NCBI GenBank assembly: GCA_963924565.1
Contig: OZ004613.1
Span: 12,958,001 to 13,022,000, forward strand
Direction of reading: 5' to 3'
Length of the DNA stretch: 64,000 bases
Source of the DNA: Ascidiella aspersa
Lineage: Eukaryota
Within the stretch, counting starts at the first letter, position 1; every line of letters begins with the position of its first letter. Positions 1 through 11,600 of the stretch are shown one piece after another. The notes beneath the pieces were generated by a model. That model had not been told where the DNA came from, searched no databases, and saw only the letters and a list, made by a program, of their open reading frames with translations. A program made the translations under genes and the position numbers.

Positions 1-2
1 AG

Positions 3-2020
3 AGCCGCAAGTTGAGATTGGACGAGGAGGAGATTTTTTGGCTAAGAGGAGGATACGAGAACGAGGTGAACATCATCGAATCGCTCCGGGAGCAATCCAG
101 AGCATTGCAGAAGAACGTCATCGCACTTGAAAGGCAAAGAGATGACCTAAAGGCGTCGTACGAAAACTCAATGCAGCAGGTACAATTCTTTGACTAAATA
201 TTCTCATGTTAAACCTATTAATATATTGCTAAAATATATTTTAATAAATTTGCTTTGTTGACATTATATTATAAAAAAACGCACCTGAATTCAACAGAAA
301 TCTGAGTTTTTGATGAACGATTCAGGGCATATACTCGTAATGTGATGAATCGCGTTCAAATGTAAATTCCATCGTAGATTTGTGATTTGAGGACTGATAT
401 TTTTAGTATGTTTAGTACATGATAGATTTAGACGCCAATGATGTAATAGTATGACATTGCAAGAAATCATTTTACATGAAACTTTATACGTTTTATATAA
501 CATATTGGAGTTTTAAAGTCGCCCTTGTTTCAATTTGTTGGTTGTTAGCGTTGTTTCACATTCTTAAACATTAAGCTTTTTTTCTTTGTTTAGGTTTTTC
601 GACTGGGAACGGATTACGATGATCTTATGCACAAATACGAATATGTTAAGCAGCTCGCAGCTGTTGTGGTCAAAACGTTGTGGCATAGTTCCTCTCCCAC
701 CATACTGGTAAAGCCAAACAAGGTAATATACATTATACAGTAAGCGATTGCAGTAGTTGTAAGATTGCGACAAGTCGTCCGTTTTTCGACTAATTTTTAG
801 CTGTGCACATTGTATTTAAGTTCTATAAAATAATTGATTCCGTACACAAACATAGCGAACGTCCTTTTTATTTTTCCGGTCGAAACATTGTGTGAAGGGT
901 GTAGTATCGAGGATATCTTCGTTGTATTTGAAACACTTGCCACATTTTGCTTTTAAACCGATGTTGACTGTATGCCAATAGACAAATAGCAATTTAAGGG
1001 AAATCACAACCTTTTAAATTTGTTTTAAAAACGGTCACTTAACAGCGCACAATTGTCGACTTACAGATGGACGTCGATTCTCTGCGGGAACAGGGGACCT
1101 ACGACATGACGCAGCCCAAGGGTGTGGCCCTCCTCATTCACAACCAGTGGAAGAAGGCGGGGCGTGATAGGCCACACCTTGCAATCGGTGGCGGCAAGAA
1201 ATCAGGCCCCAGTGAACGCAAGAACGACCTCGGGCGACAACTGGAAACCCTCCTGGTCCAACTGGGCTTCTACGCCATCCGCAGATCGAACGTGAGCAGC
1301 TCGGGCATCCGTAACAACGTGTCGGGACTCTCGGACCAGTACCACGGCTACTCGGGCAATCACAACTCGATAGCGGTGGTGGTGGTGGCCAATTCGAACG
1401 AGCACGGGCAGATAATCGACAGCGACGGTAGCGTGGTATCAGTTGGTGCCTTGCTAAACCACTTTGCCGGCAGCCGCTGCCCGACGCTGATCGGCAAGCC
1501 TAAACTCTTTATCTTCCTGCTTAAAGTTACAGTCCGGAAACCGTCGCTGCCTATGGTGAGCGACATACACGGCGCCAAGAAGTCGACGCGTCTTTCTCTT
1601 GGATCCGATTTGCCTGTCTACTTTGAGCCTGAGCCGCTGACACTGGATGATGACTTCATAGTGGCGCGCGTTATGCACGAGGAAGACTCGCTGTCCGACG
1701 GCGGGCCCACGTTCGGCGGCGTTAGTAGCTCGTCGGCCGACGGGGAGATCCCCTGGTTCGCCAACACCTTAATGACGTCACTGGCCGACCAGGCCGGCGT
1801 CGCAGACGTGGCCGAAATCTTGGCCGGCGTAAAGCGAAAGTTTCGCGCGCACTACGCCACGCCGCGATCCGACCGCTCCGAGCAGTCCCGGCTAAGCAAG
1901 GATTCGAACCATTCACCTCTGGAATCCACGATGCTCCGTCCGTCCCCACGCGACGATCACGTAAACATGTTCGTGGATAGCTCGCTCAAGCGAAAGCTTT
2001 ACCTTATGCCCGGGATTTGA
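3..2020 (+). CDS. Coiled-coil + caspase-like (peptidase C14 fold) protein, catalytically dead; 5'-partial. Exons <3..179 and 1067..2020
   Basis: Frame open from the window start, with heptad-like sequence (IIESLREQSRALQKNVIALERQRDDLKASYE). Phase-0 donor CAG|gtacaa at 179/180 matches phase-0 acceptor ttacag|ATG at 1066/1067. The last exon carries caspase motifs YDMTQPKGVALLIHN, LETLLVQLGF, CPTLIGKPKLFIF, DDDFIV, PWFANTL, EILAGVKRK and SSLKRKLYL. SHG is replaced by ANS and QACRG by LLKVT. Confidence 0.85.
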
Positions 2021-3019
2021 GATTGGTATTGGTTTAAAACAGGCAATCCGCAACGAGATATGGTGATTGGCCATACATTATTAAACCCTATAATAGAAAA
2101 CGCTGAAGCAGTTTCCGTTTATTTATGAGTTTTACTGTATTTACATTTATTACTGTTGTAACGTGTTCGTATCTTCACCAGCATTTACCGCAAACAGTAT
2201 TACTATATTTTACTATAATGATCGTATATTTATAAGGTGCCTGTACACTGTAAGCATAACTGATTATTTTTTTATATCGCATAACTTATGTTTTTTAAGG
2301 CTTACTAAACATAGATTAGGGTTAAGGTTAACATTTTTACTGTTCCATAACGTTTTTTGCTTATTTCGTTTTTTTTTCTATAATAAGCATGAAGGCCTAG
2401 GAATCTCAAAAAAGTTAGGAAGTTCAGAAAACAACAGCTATCGCAACAAAATATGTGTTACATTGCGTTCTCGAAGCTATTTGAAAACATTGCATGTACA
2501 GTGAGTTTTGGAAGTTATAAACGCAATTTTATTTTATTTTTTAAGCCTTAAAACAATATTTTTCACATGCATTCTTATTTAGCACAGATAAGCTTAATTA
2601 TAATTTCGTTTTATTTATTTCTACCGTAAGCTATCGGATTATGTATTTTTCTCACTCCACTGTGAATTGCATTCCTTGTACTTGTGCGCTTCAAAAATGG
2701 CCTGTATTCCGACCAGTTGTGGTATGATACTTTGACAAACACAAAGGGTATAACAATCGATAAAAAAATTGGAATTGAGCAAGGCTCGAGAAAAAACAAC
2801 AAAGCAATCGCAAGACAGTGGGCCACATCTATAACAACATGCAGGGACAGTCATCAACAACAAATATGTCGATGAAAACATTAAGCGTGATTTCCTGCAA
2901 GGTTATCATAATGGTAAATGTGGCAGACCTATTTGATTAGGAGGTAGTATTTTTGTAAAGAAGCTTTAAAATGTTTGGGACAGATTTTATACAGAATGTT
3001 GGTAGTCTGTACACAGTAC

Positions 3020-3993
3020 CAGAGACGTGCAGTCAGGGGAGGCAGGTGAGGCAGTGCCTGACCTGCCAACATCTGGCAAAGCAAAAGATATATCAAACAA
3101 AAGTTATATCAGTTAATCTCTACCGCAAATTTTACGTTTCTATACCTAAAGCGTGCTTTATTTTTTCTTCTATTTCTGTTATGTTATTCATATCAAGAGT
3201 TCGCGCGGTCAAAATCATTGAAAACACTGCATGACTGCATTATGCGTGATTTTTTCTTTCGCTAATTCTCTCGGAAAACACGATGAACGATTTAGCTATG
3301 ATTTGAGGCATGCCTTAATTATAACGTCAACGCTATGAAACCTTTCTTTGTCCAGTTTAAATGCCGGCATAGTGCGTGTACATTGACTTCTTTTAGTGTA
3401 AAGTTGAAGTCATAAATAATGGCAGACCTATTGCAAATTTAAAAGTTTTGCATCAGACGACTGGACAAAAAAAAATAACACGCAACTTTCAAAGAGATTG
3501 GTAAAAAAAGGAGTGGATGTGTAGCTGTCACAGGCGTAGCCAGGGTGGCCATGACCACCCAAAAATTTTATAAATATTGTACTCTTAATAATAATTTGTT
3601 TTGTAGCTTTTATGAGCAATACCACAACAGTCCATCGCAGGCGTGCCAAGCCATCAAATGTCATGCACTGTTACGTCATAAAAGATGTAGTCATTATTAC
3701 GTTTCCTATATTAATGTGGTTTTACTACTGCACATTTTGGTGATTTTATGTTAGCTCTCTGAATAATTTTTGAGTATTGCGCTAAAACCCAGTCAGTTGC
3801 TGCTCGAAACGGTTTGCCAGCATATTTATTTGTGTTCGATACGCAGTTCATACAATGGCAAAAGCTAAACAAAAAGAGTTCAAACTTTCTTTTTATTTTT
3901 ATTATTACGATACCATTTTTGTGGTTGTTAAAGAAAAACGTGACTCGAAAAAATTTGTGCCTCACCATCTAGGAACCTCACCGCACGTCACTG
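3020..3993. mobile_element. Non-autonomous hAT-like DNA transposon (MITE), 974 bp
   Basis: TIRs CAGAGACGTGCAGTCAGG (3020) and CCTCACCGCACGTCACTG (ending 3993). Perfect 8-bp TSD CACAGTAC at 3012-3019 and 3994-4001. Subterminal GAGGCA/TGCCTCACC motifs; no transposase ORF. Confidence 0.8.
3804..3888. repeat. ~85-bp dispersed repeat with an inverted copy at 6551..6635
   Basis: The reverse complement of 3804-3888 aligns with 6551-6635 with a few mismatches (AAAGTTTGAAC...GCAAACCGTTTCGA). Confidence 0.8.
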
Positions 3994-4781
3994 CACAGTA
4001 CACATCCAACAAGCCCCGAGGCAATTTATAATGTACAGCATCACAAACAAACACAAAATTACCGGTATAAGTCTGCAAGTTTGCATTTCGCAGTCGTGAG
4101 AATGTCTCGTTACTTCTTATGATTTTCAAGTAAGAATGTTCCTGACGACTAAACAAGGTCTGCTTATTTACTCACTTAACTTGAATTCCAGGTGAGCATA
4201 GTGAACTGCACCAGGTTGCCAATTCCGCTGAGTTGCGATGACTTAGTAGGCCATCCTATTAGTTATATTATTTAGTTTTAAGGTTAGGTGTTGTAGTTTT
4301 TCTCTCAACTGCTTTTTGCAAGGAAACTCAACTAGACTACAGGGGAAGTAGTTTTGGCAGAATGGTTGCTTCTGGCTATTTGACGTTTTGTAATCAGCTT
4401 TTTTACAATCGAACGCTTGACCGCTCATACATATGCATGTTGCGTGAGATTTGTGATACGCTATGTTTGCAGCGATAGTTAACAATAAACGAAACATGTA
4501 CGTTTGCACGCGTTAGCAGATATTTAAAAGTGCATTCGCAGAAAAAATTAAATGTTATTGTTGGTGGAACGCGACGAAAGGTCCTCAAACGAATAAACAG
4601 TTTTAATCAAGCTAATGCGTTTGCCTACAAACAAACAATCAGCTAAGACTTAATACTGTCAGCTGTACTTTGCGTATAAGCCAAAACGAGCTATTTCCGT
4701 TTCTGCTTTTGGTAAAAGTGTGCCTTTCTATCTTATCTTGACGCATAGTGAACAGGCTTGCCATTGGACTCGCCATCAAAA

Positions 4782-7333
4782 ATGAAGGTGATATGTGCCG
4801 GAGTGGCAAAGACCGGTGTTAAGACGATGAACGCTGCCCTAACAATGCTGGGATACGAAGTGCACGACTTTATGGAGAACTACTATTACGCCGGTGACGA
4901 TTGGGTACGGGCAATTCGCGACGGCGCCAAAGTGAAAGAGCTGCGTCGAATGTACGGCGACGTGGATGCCGCTTGCGACTTTCCGATTTTTCAGTTTTGG
5001 GAAGAGCTTCACGAAGCTTTTTCCGACGCAAAGGTGGTTGGTAGTTGTATTGTTGATGTTTTTTTGAACTGCAAAAGATTGAAAATGTGAGATGTAAAGT
5101 AAATGTCGGCCCCGGTACAAGAAATCAATGACTTTTAATTTTGCCTTTCATTGTGATGTCTAGCGATATTCCTTTCAACTATTTCTGATAAAAAAATTTA
5201 ATCTGTCCAGCAAAATTCTTATAACACAAAGGTATATACAATCCTGAGTCTCTTGGGCCTAAAGAAAGCAATAAAATCCTAAATCTATAGAGGTTGATGT
5301 ATAGTTTTTGATCGTCAGTATAGTTTCATTTGACATATCCCGACTAATTGTTTTTTGTTTGTTTCCTAATCTTTTTGATTCGTTAAACTAGCAACAAGTT
5401 TCACGAAAGTATAATTTTGTTACTTTCATTTAACACGACAGATTCAAACAAGGCGAATTTCATAAGATAGTACATTTTACCCAATTTTAAGATAAAAACA
5501 AGTCTCTTCTTCGTTAAGGCAAAATTTGTATCAAAATGAGTATAATTAAAATTTAGAGAATAGAAATACAATCGTGTCTGAAATCATGAAACTATACTAA
5601 CAGATTATCCTGACTGTACGCGACGAGGATTCATGGTACAGGAGCGCAAAGAACCAATGTGCCAGGCTGAGTACGGACATCGGCTACAAGCTGCTTCTCA
5701 CTATTACATACTCCGGTTGGAAACTTCTGGCTTTCCAAAATGCAGCATGTAAGCGAAGTTTTATTACGACAAGTCATTATTCGAATGATCGGTTACGCTT
5801 TACGTAATACGTTTTCTATTTATGTTATTTTTTTTTTATTGCACTTTTTTATTCTGGATTGTATTAAGTCTCAAAATTTAGGAATAATCTGTAAGAATTG
5901 CGAGCATAATGGTTGGAGGTTGTAGTAAGACGTAGTAAGAACATCAAAGCCCATACAGAAGTATAGGTATCATTTTGAACGTTTCGAAAAGCTCTTTATT
6001 CAATTTCAAGAAACGTTCAAAATGATGCTTATTTCTGTATGGGCTTTGATATTCTTACTCCGTGTGTAAAGATTCTTTTGCAACTTATTTAGCTAATTTT
6101 TGTTTGCCATTAAAATAATGCAACTTCAGGTAAATCAGAAATTATATTTCCGCACGAAATCAAAACGGCCACCAATGCTATATGCTTTAATATTTATTGT
6201 GCTCATGCAAGTATTTTTTACAATACATTTCATGTTCTTTAGCAATTTTTAAACTACCGAGTACAGAAATGAATACTTGCTTCCATAATATGTTAAGTGT
6301 GTGTTCGTAATACGATTCGATTCGATATTGTAACTCAATTCTTATCGATTGGACAAGCCTTGGATGAACCTTGTTTCGCAAACAGTCGCCTTTATGGGAA
6401 ATCGCGGCACTTGGCCCTGGTCCACGATTCACATGTACAATGAGGAGGCAGCTAGAAGGTGGTTTCGCAGACATAACCGTGACGTCATCCAGGTGAGTGT
6501 TGCCTTGACAATCAGTGGCGTAGCCAGCCGAAAATTTTGGGGAAGGGCAAAAAGTTTGAACTTTTTTGTTTAGCTTTTGCCATTGTATTAAATGCCGTAG
6601 CGAACACAAATAAATATGCCAGCAAACCGTTTCGATAAAACTTCTAAATTAAGAACATCATCTTAGAAGTATTGTTATATTCAGTTGAAAATTGCTAACA
6701 CTTAAGACAAATCAGAATAAGTAAAAAACTGCTATACATTATCATTTTATAAGTCGTGAATCTTTTTGAAAAACTCACCTTTTAAATGCCATCTGAATAA
6801 TTTCCTCTGATTTTACATCCTATAGATCTAGCATATTGAAATTCCGCTTTAGAATAAAGTTACGGATCTATAGTCGTTATACTATTTGTAGTTCTTTATG
6901 ATTAATTTGCAAAACAAATCTCATCACCTGTAACCGATCGGCACGTGAAGGAATTGTTAAGGGAAAAGGTTTGTTCGAGGTGTTGCACCATAAGCATGCG
7001 ACTCCTGTACACACTAAAACCTAAATCGGCCGTATTAAATGTCGACAAAACGCACCAAAGAGCCAACTGTTGGTGTTCGACGTGCGCCAAGGCTGGGGAC
7101 CACTGTGCGAGTTCCTGAGCAAAGAAGTCCCCGCCGACGACTTTCCGCACAAGAACAGGGGCGCTGAGGTGTTGGAATTGCTGCGCAAGGAGAACGTTAT
7201 CATGCGGCGCTTGCAGAACGAGCTCTACGCCTCGCTGGTCGTCCTCATGCTGGGTTTACTGGATTGGCAGCGTTTGCGTTTTACGCGGTTTGATGACTTA
7301 ACCGTTGACCACGCTACATTACTACATATCTAA
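4782..7333 (+). CDS. P-loop sulfotransferase-like protein (Sulfotransfer_4 type), possibly a damaged allele or pseudogene. Exons 4782..5033, 5604..5748, 6386..6492, 7049..7333
   Basis: Family motifs MKVICAGVAKTG, GYEVHDF, DAACDFP...WEEL...AK|IILTVRD..SW..S, HN..VIQ|NAPK..LLVFDVRQGWGPLCEFL...FPHKN. Intron phases 0/1/0 are consistent. The last acceptor reads CAA, not CAG, and there is an apparent 1-nt frameshift near 7260. Candidate 5'-UTR intron 4192..4755. Confidence 0.85.
5930..6063. repeat. Foldback inverted repeat (~55-bp arms, ~24-nt spacer) in sulfotransferase intron 2
   Basis: GTAAGAACATCAAAGCCCATACAGAA...ATCATTTTGAACGTTTC pairs with GAAACGTTCAAAATGAT...TTCTGTATGGGCTTTGATATTCTTAC. Confidence 0.85.
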
Positions 7334-8619
7334 CCATTCTTTCGAATTCATTATTTTATGACCGCAACCAGTTAAAATTAAGAATAGAACCCTGAGCTTT
7401 TGTCTCTTTAACGTGAAAATGTACAAAATGTACATATACACAATGTGTATTATCTGTGATCAAGCCTTCTGGAGTCTTGCTGGCCAACGATAACGACGTA
7501 CAGGGTGTATTAGAGCGGGGGCCTTATAAGACTTATCGAAATCAATCAGCCTGGGTCAGGATCAGGTAAAACTGCTAGGCAAATGTGACAAAGTTTAAAA
7601 AAGAACCCATAATAAAAATAACAACAAATAATAAGACGTCCTCTATACGCAGTGCTCTTCAACCTTTTTTGGTTTGGTTAACCGTTAAAGTTGTTGTGTC
7701 GAACTCATGTACCCTGTTTACTTTGAACCAAGTCGGATATTATATTATATTTTGTAATTTAGCAACAATACTAGTCAAGTTCAGATTGTTAGCCATTTGA
7801 ACTTCTTGGTGGTAAGCAACTAAGAATACGTTATTGGTTTTACGTTGGGTCAAAACAATTTACTAGAAAACCTCACCAACGTCAATGTATTCTTTTCGAA
7901 TAAAAAAATTACGTATGTCGACAAACCGTCATGTACTAATGTGAAGTCAAAAATTGGCAACCTATATTTGCCCGAATTAGTGGCCACGCTTTTAGATGCT
8001 TATTTTTTTTAAACGAACAAACGAAAAAAAATATGTTTCGCGCGTCTCAGATGATAAATTTGACTGACCTACTCTAAATGACTAACAATATTGGACTGTG
8101 TTCCAGACTAGCAAATGCAAATCGGACAAATTTAATCGAAAGAAATGTTACATTTTCGTAAATTCCTTGCTTGTAAGGTCGTTTATTGGCAATTTGGCAC
8201 TGTCTCTATAGTTTTTCTCCCTAACACAATTGATTTAATTATATAACTATTTTCCCAAACAAGTACTTAAAACGCGAGAAAGAAATCTGGATCACATCAA
8301 TTATACAATGGCATCAAATCAATTCACATCAATTATACAAGTGGCGAGGTTCTAGGCACAGCATAAAGTGGTTATTAGCACAGCATATACTCATGGAGAG
8401 ATAAACAAATGTTCATGCGAGCATCGCTGATTAGAAAGAGCGGTGAGCTTCAAGCAAACAAAAACCGCGAGCCTGTTAAAACATGGCCGCCGTTGTTTGT
8501 CGAATACATGTATAGTTTTACTCCACAAAGGGTTTAAACGTTACTCAGATAGGCAAGAGGTCACGAGTTGAGTTGTTCCCTGAGAAAACTGGCATCGGGT
8601 TTTCGCCCGTTCCTGAGCG

Positions 8620-11600
8620 TCACAGTGCTTCGCAGGCGTAGCGAGAGCGCAGCATTTCCGAGAGTAGCGTGTTCTCCGGTACACGGCCGTTCTTGTGCTG
8701 GGAAACGAGGTACTCTTCAACCAGCTGCGTGTAGGACTTTAGGTCGGCGAGCAGCGACATCAGTCTGTCCACTCTGCGTGCCGTATTCAGGTTTGCATTG
8801 CGTTGTAAATAGGGCCATGGGAATAAAGTTTTTAGTTTTGTTTATTTACCTGTCCGGTTGATCAGGGTGGTTTCGCGCCTCGTATTCGTGAACAGCGGCG
8901 TTGACGCTCTGTAGAACCTTCGATATCTCTTCACATTGAGTTTCTGAAACATTGCGAAGTAAATCACCTATAATAAAATCAAACAGCTAACATCTGTTCG
9001 GTTTACACATAGAGATGCGTAAAAATTTAATGTCATAATCGTGTCTGAACACGGAAAATGTTCAACCAATGACAAACTGTAAGCTCTGGCGAATATGAGG
9101 CGCCGCAGGTTTAAAAATTATTGTTACAAGTCCACTACTTGATGAAGATGCCGTTAAAAATATTTTTAGTATTTCCACGAACAGACATCCAAATGGGCGT
9201 TGAAGAGGCGTGTTTCGAGGCTTGCCAATATAATTTACCAGCGTTGCAAACTACTCATTTCACCATTGCTTTAAAGTACATCAAAGTGACGAACATCCTA
9301 GTTAAGTCATTTGTCAAAAAAAATTCATTAAATAGCGAGTTAAGTCCCAGTCCAACTCATAAGCTATGCACATCAATTTATAGTCAACTATTGGAATAAA
9401 AATAGTGCTAATTTTGTAAATTAAATTTATTCTAAGAAATATTTTGCATAGCGAAAAATGATCAGGACAACTAACAAGCATATTTTTCTATAATGTTTTC
9501 TTCAAAAATAAAGAATAAAAAGTTCTACGAATTTTTAAATCAAAACACAATTAATTGAAATGATTTACCTGAATGACTTAAATCAAGTCATGTCATTTAT
9601 AAACAATAATTAAAAGTTCATAAAACAATAACATCGTTTTCGGATTGTTCGACAAAACATAAGGTTGTCTGACGCGATCTATCTGTTACTGAGTTCAAAT
9701 AAGCCTAAGACATTCAAAACGAAAAACTACCGAGTCTTTAGATGGTATACACTGCTATCGTATTAACGAACATCACAAAATAAAAAAAACATAGAAAACG
9801 ACCTACATCAGAACACTTCTCAATACCACCACGTTTTTAATTGGAAACATCATTTTTTTTCTCTGAAATCCACATGAAAACTTTCAAACCAGTTTTACGC
9901 TATTTGTGGCTCTAGTACAAAGGATATCTCCAAACAAATATTTTGCAGAATCAAGGTCGCACCAAGAAGTTTTTCAAGGTTTTACGCGCATTTAAAGCAA
10001 ATAAGCAAAGCGCCTCATTGATTGCGCCATAAGCGCAAATACATGTAGGTTTTATATCCAATTCAACGATTTTCAAGTGTTTCCGGTTCTCCCAAGTGTT
10101 TATCGTCTTCAGGCAAACTGATTTATAACGCATGGAGCGTGAATCAGTCTGTTTGCACCGATACCGAAAGGCGTGCGTCATTCTCCGCTTGGAACGCAAC
10201 AACTGTTGTTTTCCGCACAGCGCTTATAAGATATTCGAAAAATCGCAGTCAAATTTTAGCAATTTTTATTTTTCTTATATGTATTAGGCAAATACATATA
10301 CCGCCAGCCTTACTGTGGGGTGTCGTCTTGACAAGTGCTGTCGGCCAATCTCCCGTGCATCGCTATCGTTAAGGTCTTGTTTACGCAGTTGGCCTAGCAG
10401 AAATCTCGTCGAACACGGCAAATAAATCGTGACATATGTTTATGTGGCCTGAATTTTTATGCGTGGTAAAGGCGCCATCATCACGTGTTGCGATGCAGTC
10501 AAGGGAGTGACAAGGTAAATACCGCTATCGGATATCGGTTCCAGTAAAATAAACAGTGGGGGCGCATTCTAACTGGCATAAATAACACAAGCAAACAGAT
10601 AAGTCGATGAGCTGCACGGTCAGCATTTAACACGCTTAGGACCTTTGTATATTTTGTAGTTTGTTGTGTAAACTCAACATGGCCAAGTAATAAATAAACA
10701 TCAGTTATACTAGCCAACTAAAGCAGTAAATATTAATACGTTATATTTTCCTCTATATAGGATTGTTATTCTTTTATGAAATAGCCAAGTTAGATTTAGT
10801 TTTGGGTGAACTTTTTTTCATAGACTGTTTCATGAAAACAAAATACTTCAGCCCAGTCCTGTGGGTATAATAGCGAGCCTCAAAAGGGTTTTTTTTTTAC
10901 TTGAAACTACGGTTATCTCACTTGTTTCAGTTGCGAAAGGACCGCTCGATGAGTGCTTCCTTTGCAGAAAAGACCAAACGCAGTGATCTAAAAACGATGT
11001 GGGGTGGACGTTTGCGAAAATAAGTTAATTTGATTCCAAAATGAAATTAAGGATAAACACGATCTGTCAATAAAAAATACACCCGATATAGTAGACATGG
11101 CTAATATGGACAGATTTTTTTAAATCTAGTTTGAAAAATGCAGTACAATGTGTTTCAATGTAGAGTACCACAAGTAACAACAGCATAATATATTCAGCTC
11201 ATTTACCCCCCTACAAGAAAAACGAACCGTTCGAGATACGCTGAGCTAAAAAAGAATGATTCGGACATTAAACAAATAAGACGTGCTGCATACAGTAGTA
11301 CCATACATCGGTACGGTCTGCGATGCTGCTAATGTACGTGGAGACGAAATATCTGGTCTCGACATGCTACCGTTATGTTAACTATATATCGAGGCCCGAA
11401 ATAATGCATCAATGCAAATAGTCAATAGTCCACGTCTTACCAATGTCGAAAATGATGAGGTACTTGAGACAGACGTGCTCGGCTTCGTCCAGCCCAAAGC
11501 TGCGGAACTTCTCCTCGAGTCGGTTAAGGCTTTGGACAACCTGGTCAGCGAAGGTGTTGGCCATCTCCGGGTGGACGATGCGTGGAAAGCGGTGGCCACT

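Noticed and set aside
12-197. Stand-alone 61-aa ORF ending at TAA 197 with AATAAA nearby
   Set aside because: Better explained as an internal exon with a donor at 180 in phase with the caspase exon. A short alternative terminal form cannot be excluded.
8292-8345. Small direct duplications (also ~22557, ~26738, ~55767, ~61221)
   Set aside because: Ordinary slippage duplications of 14-22 bp with no further structure.
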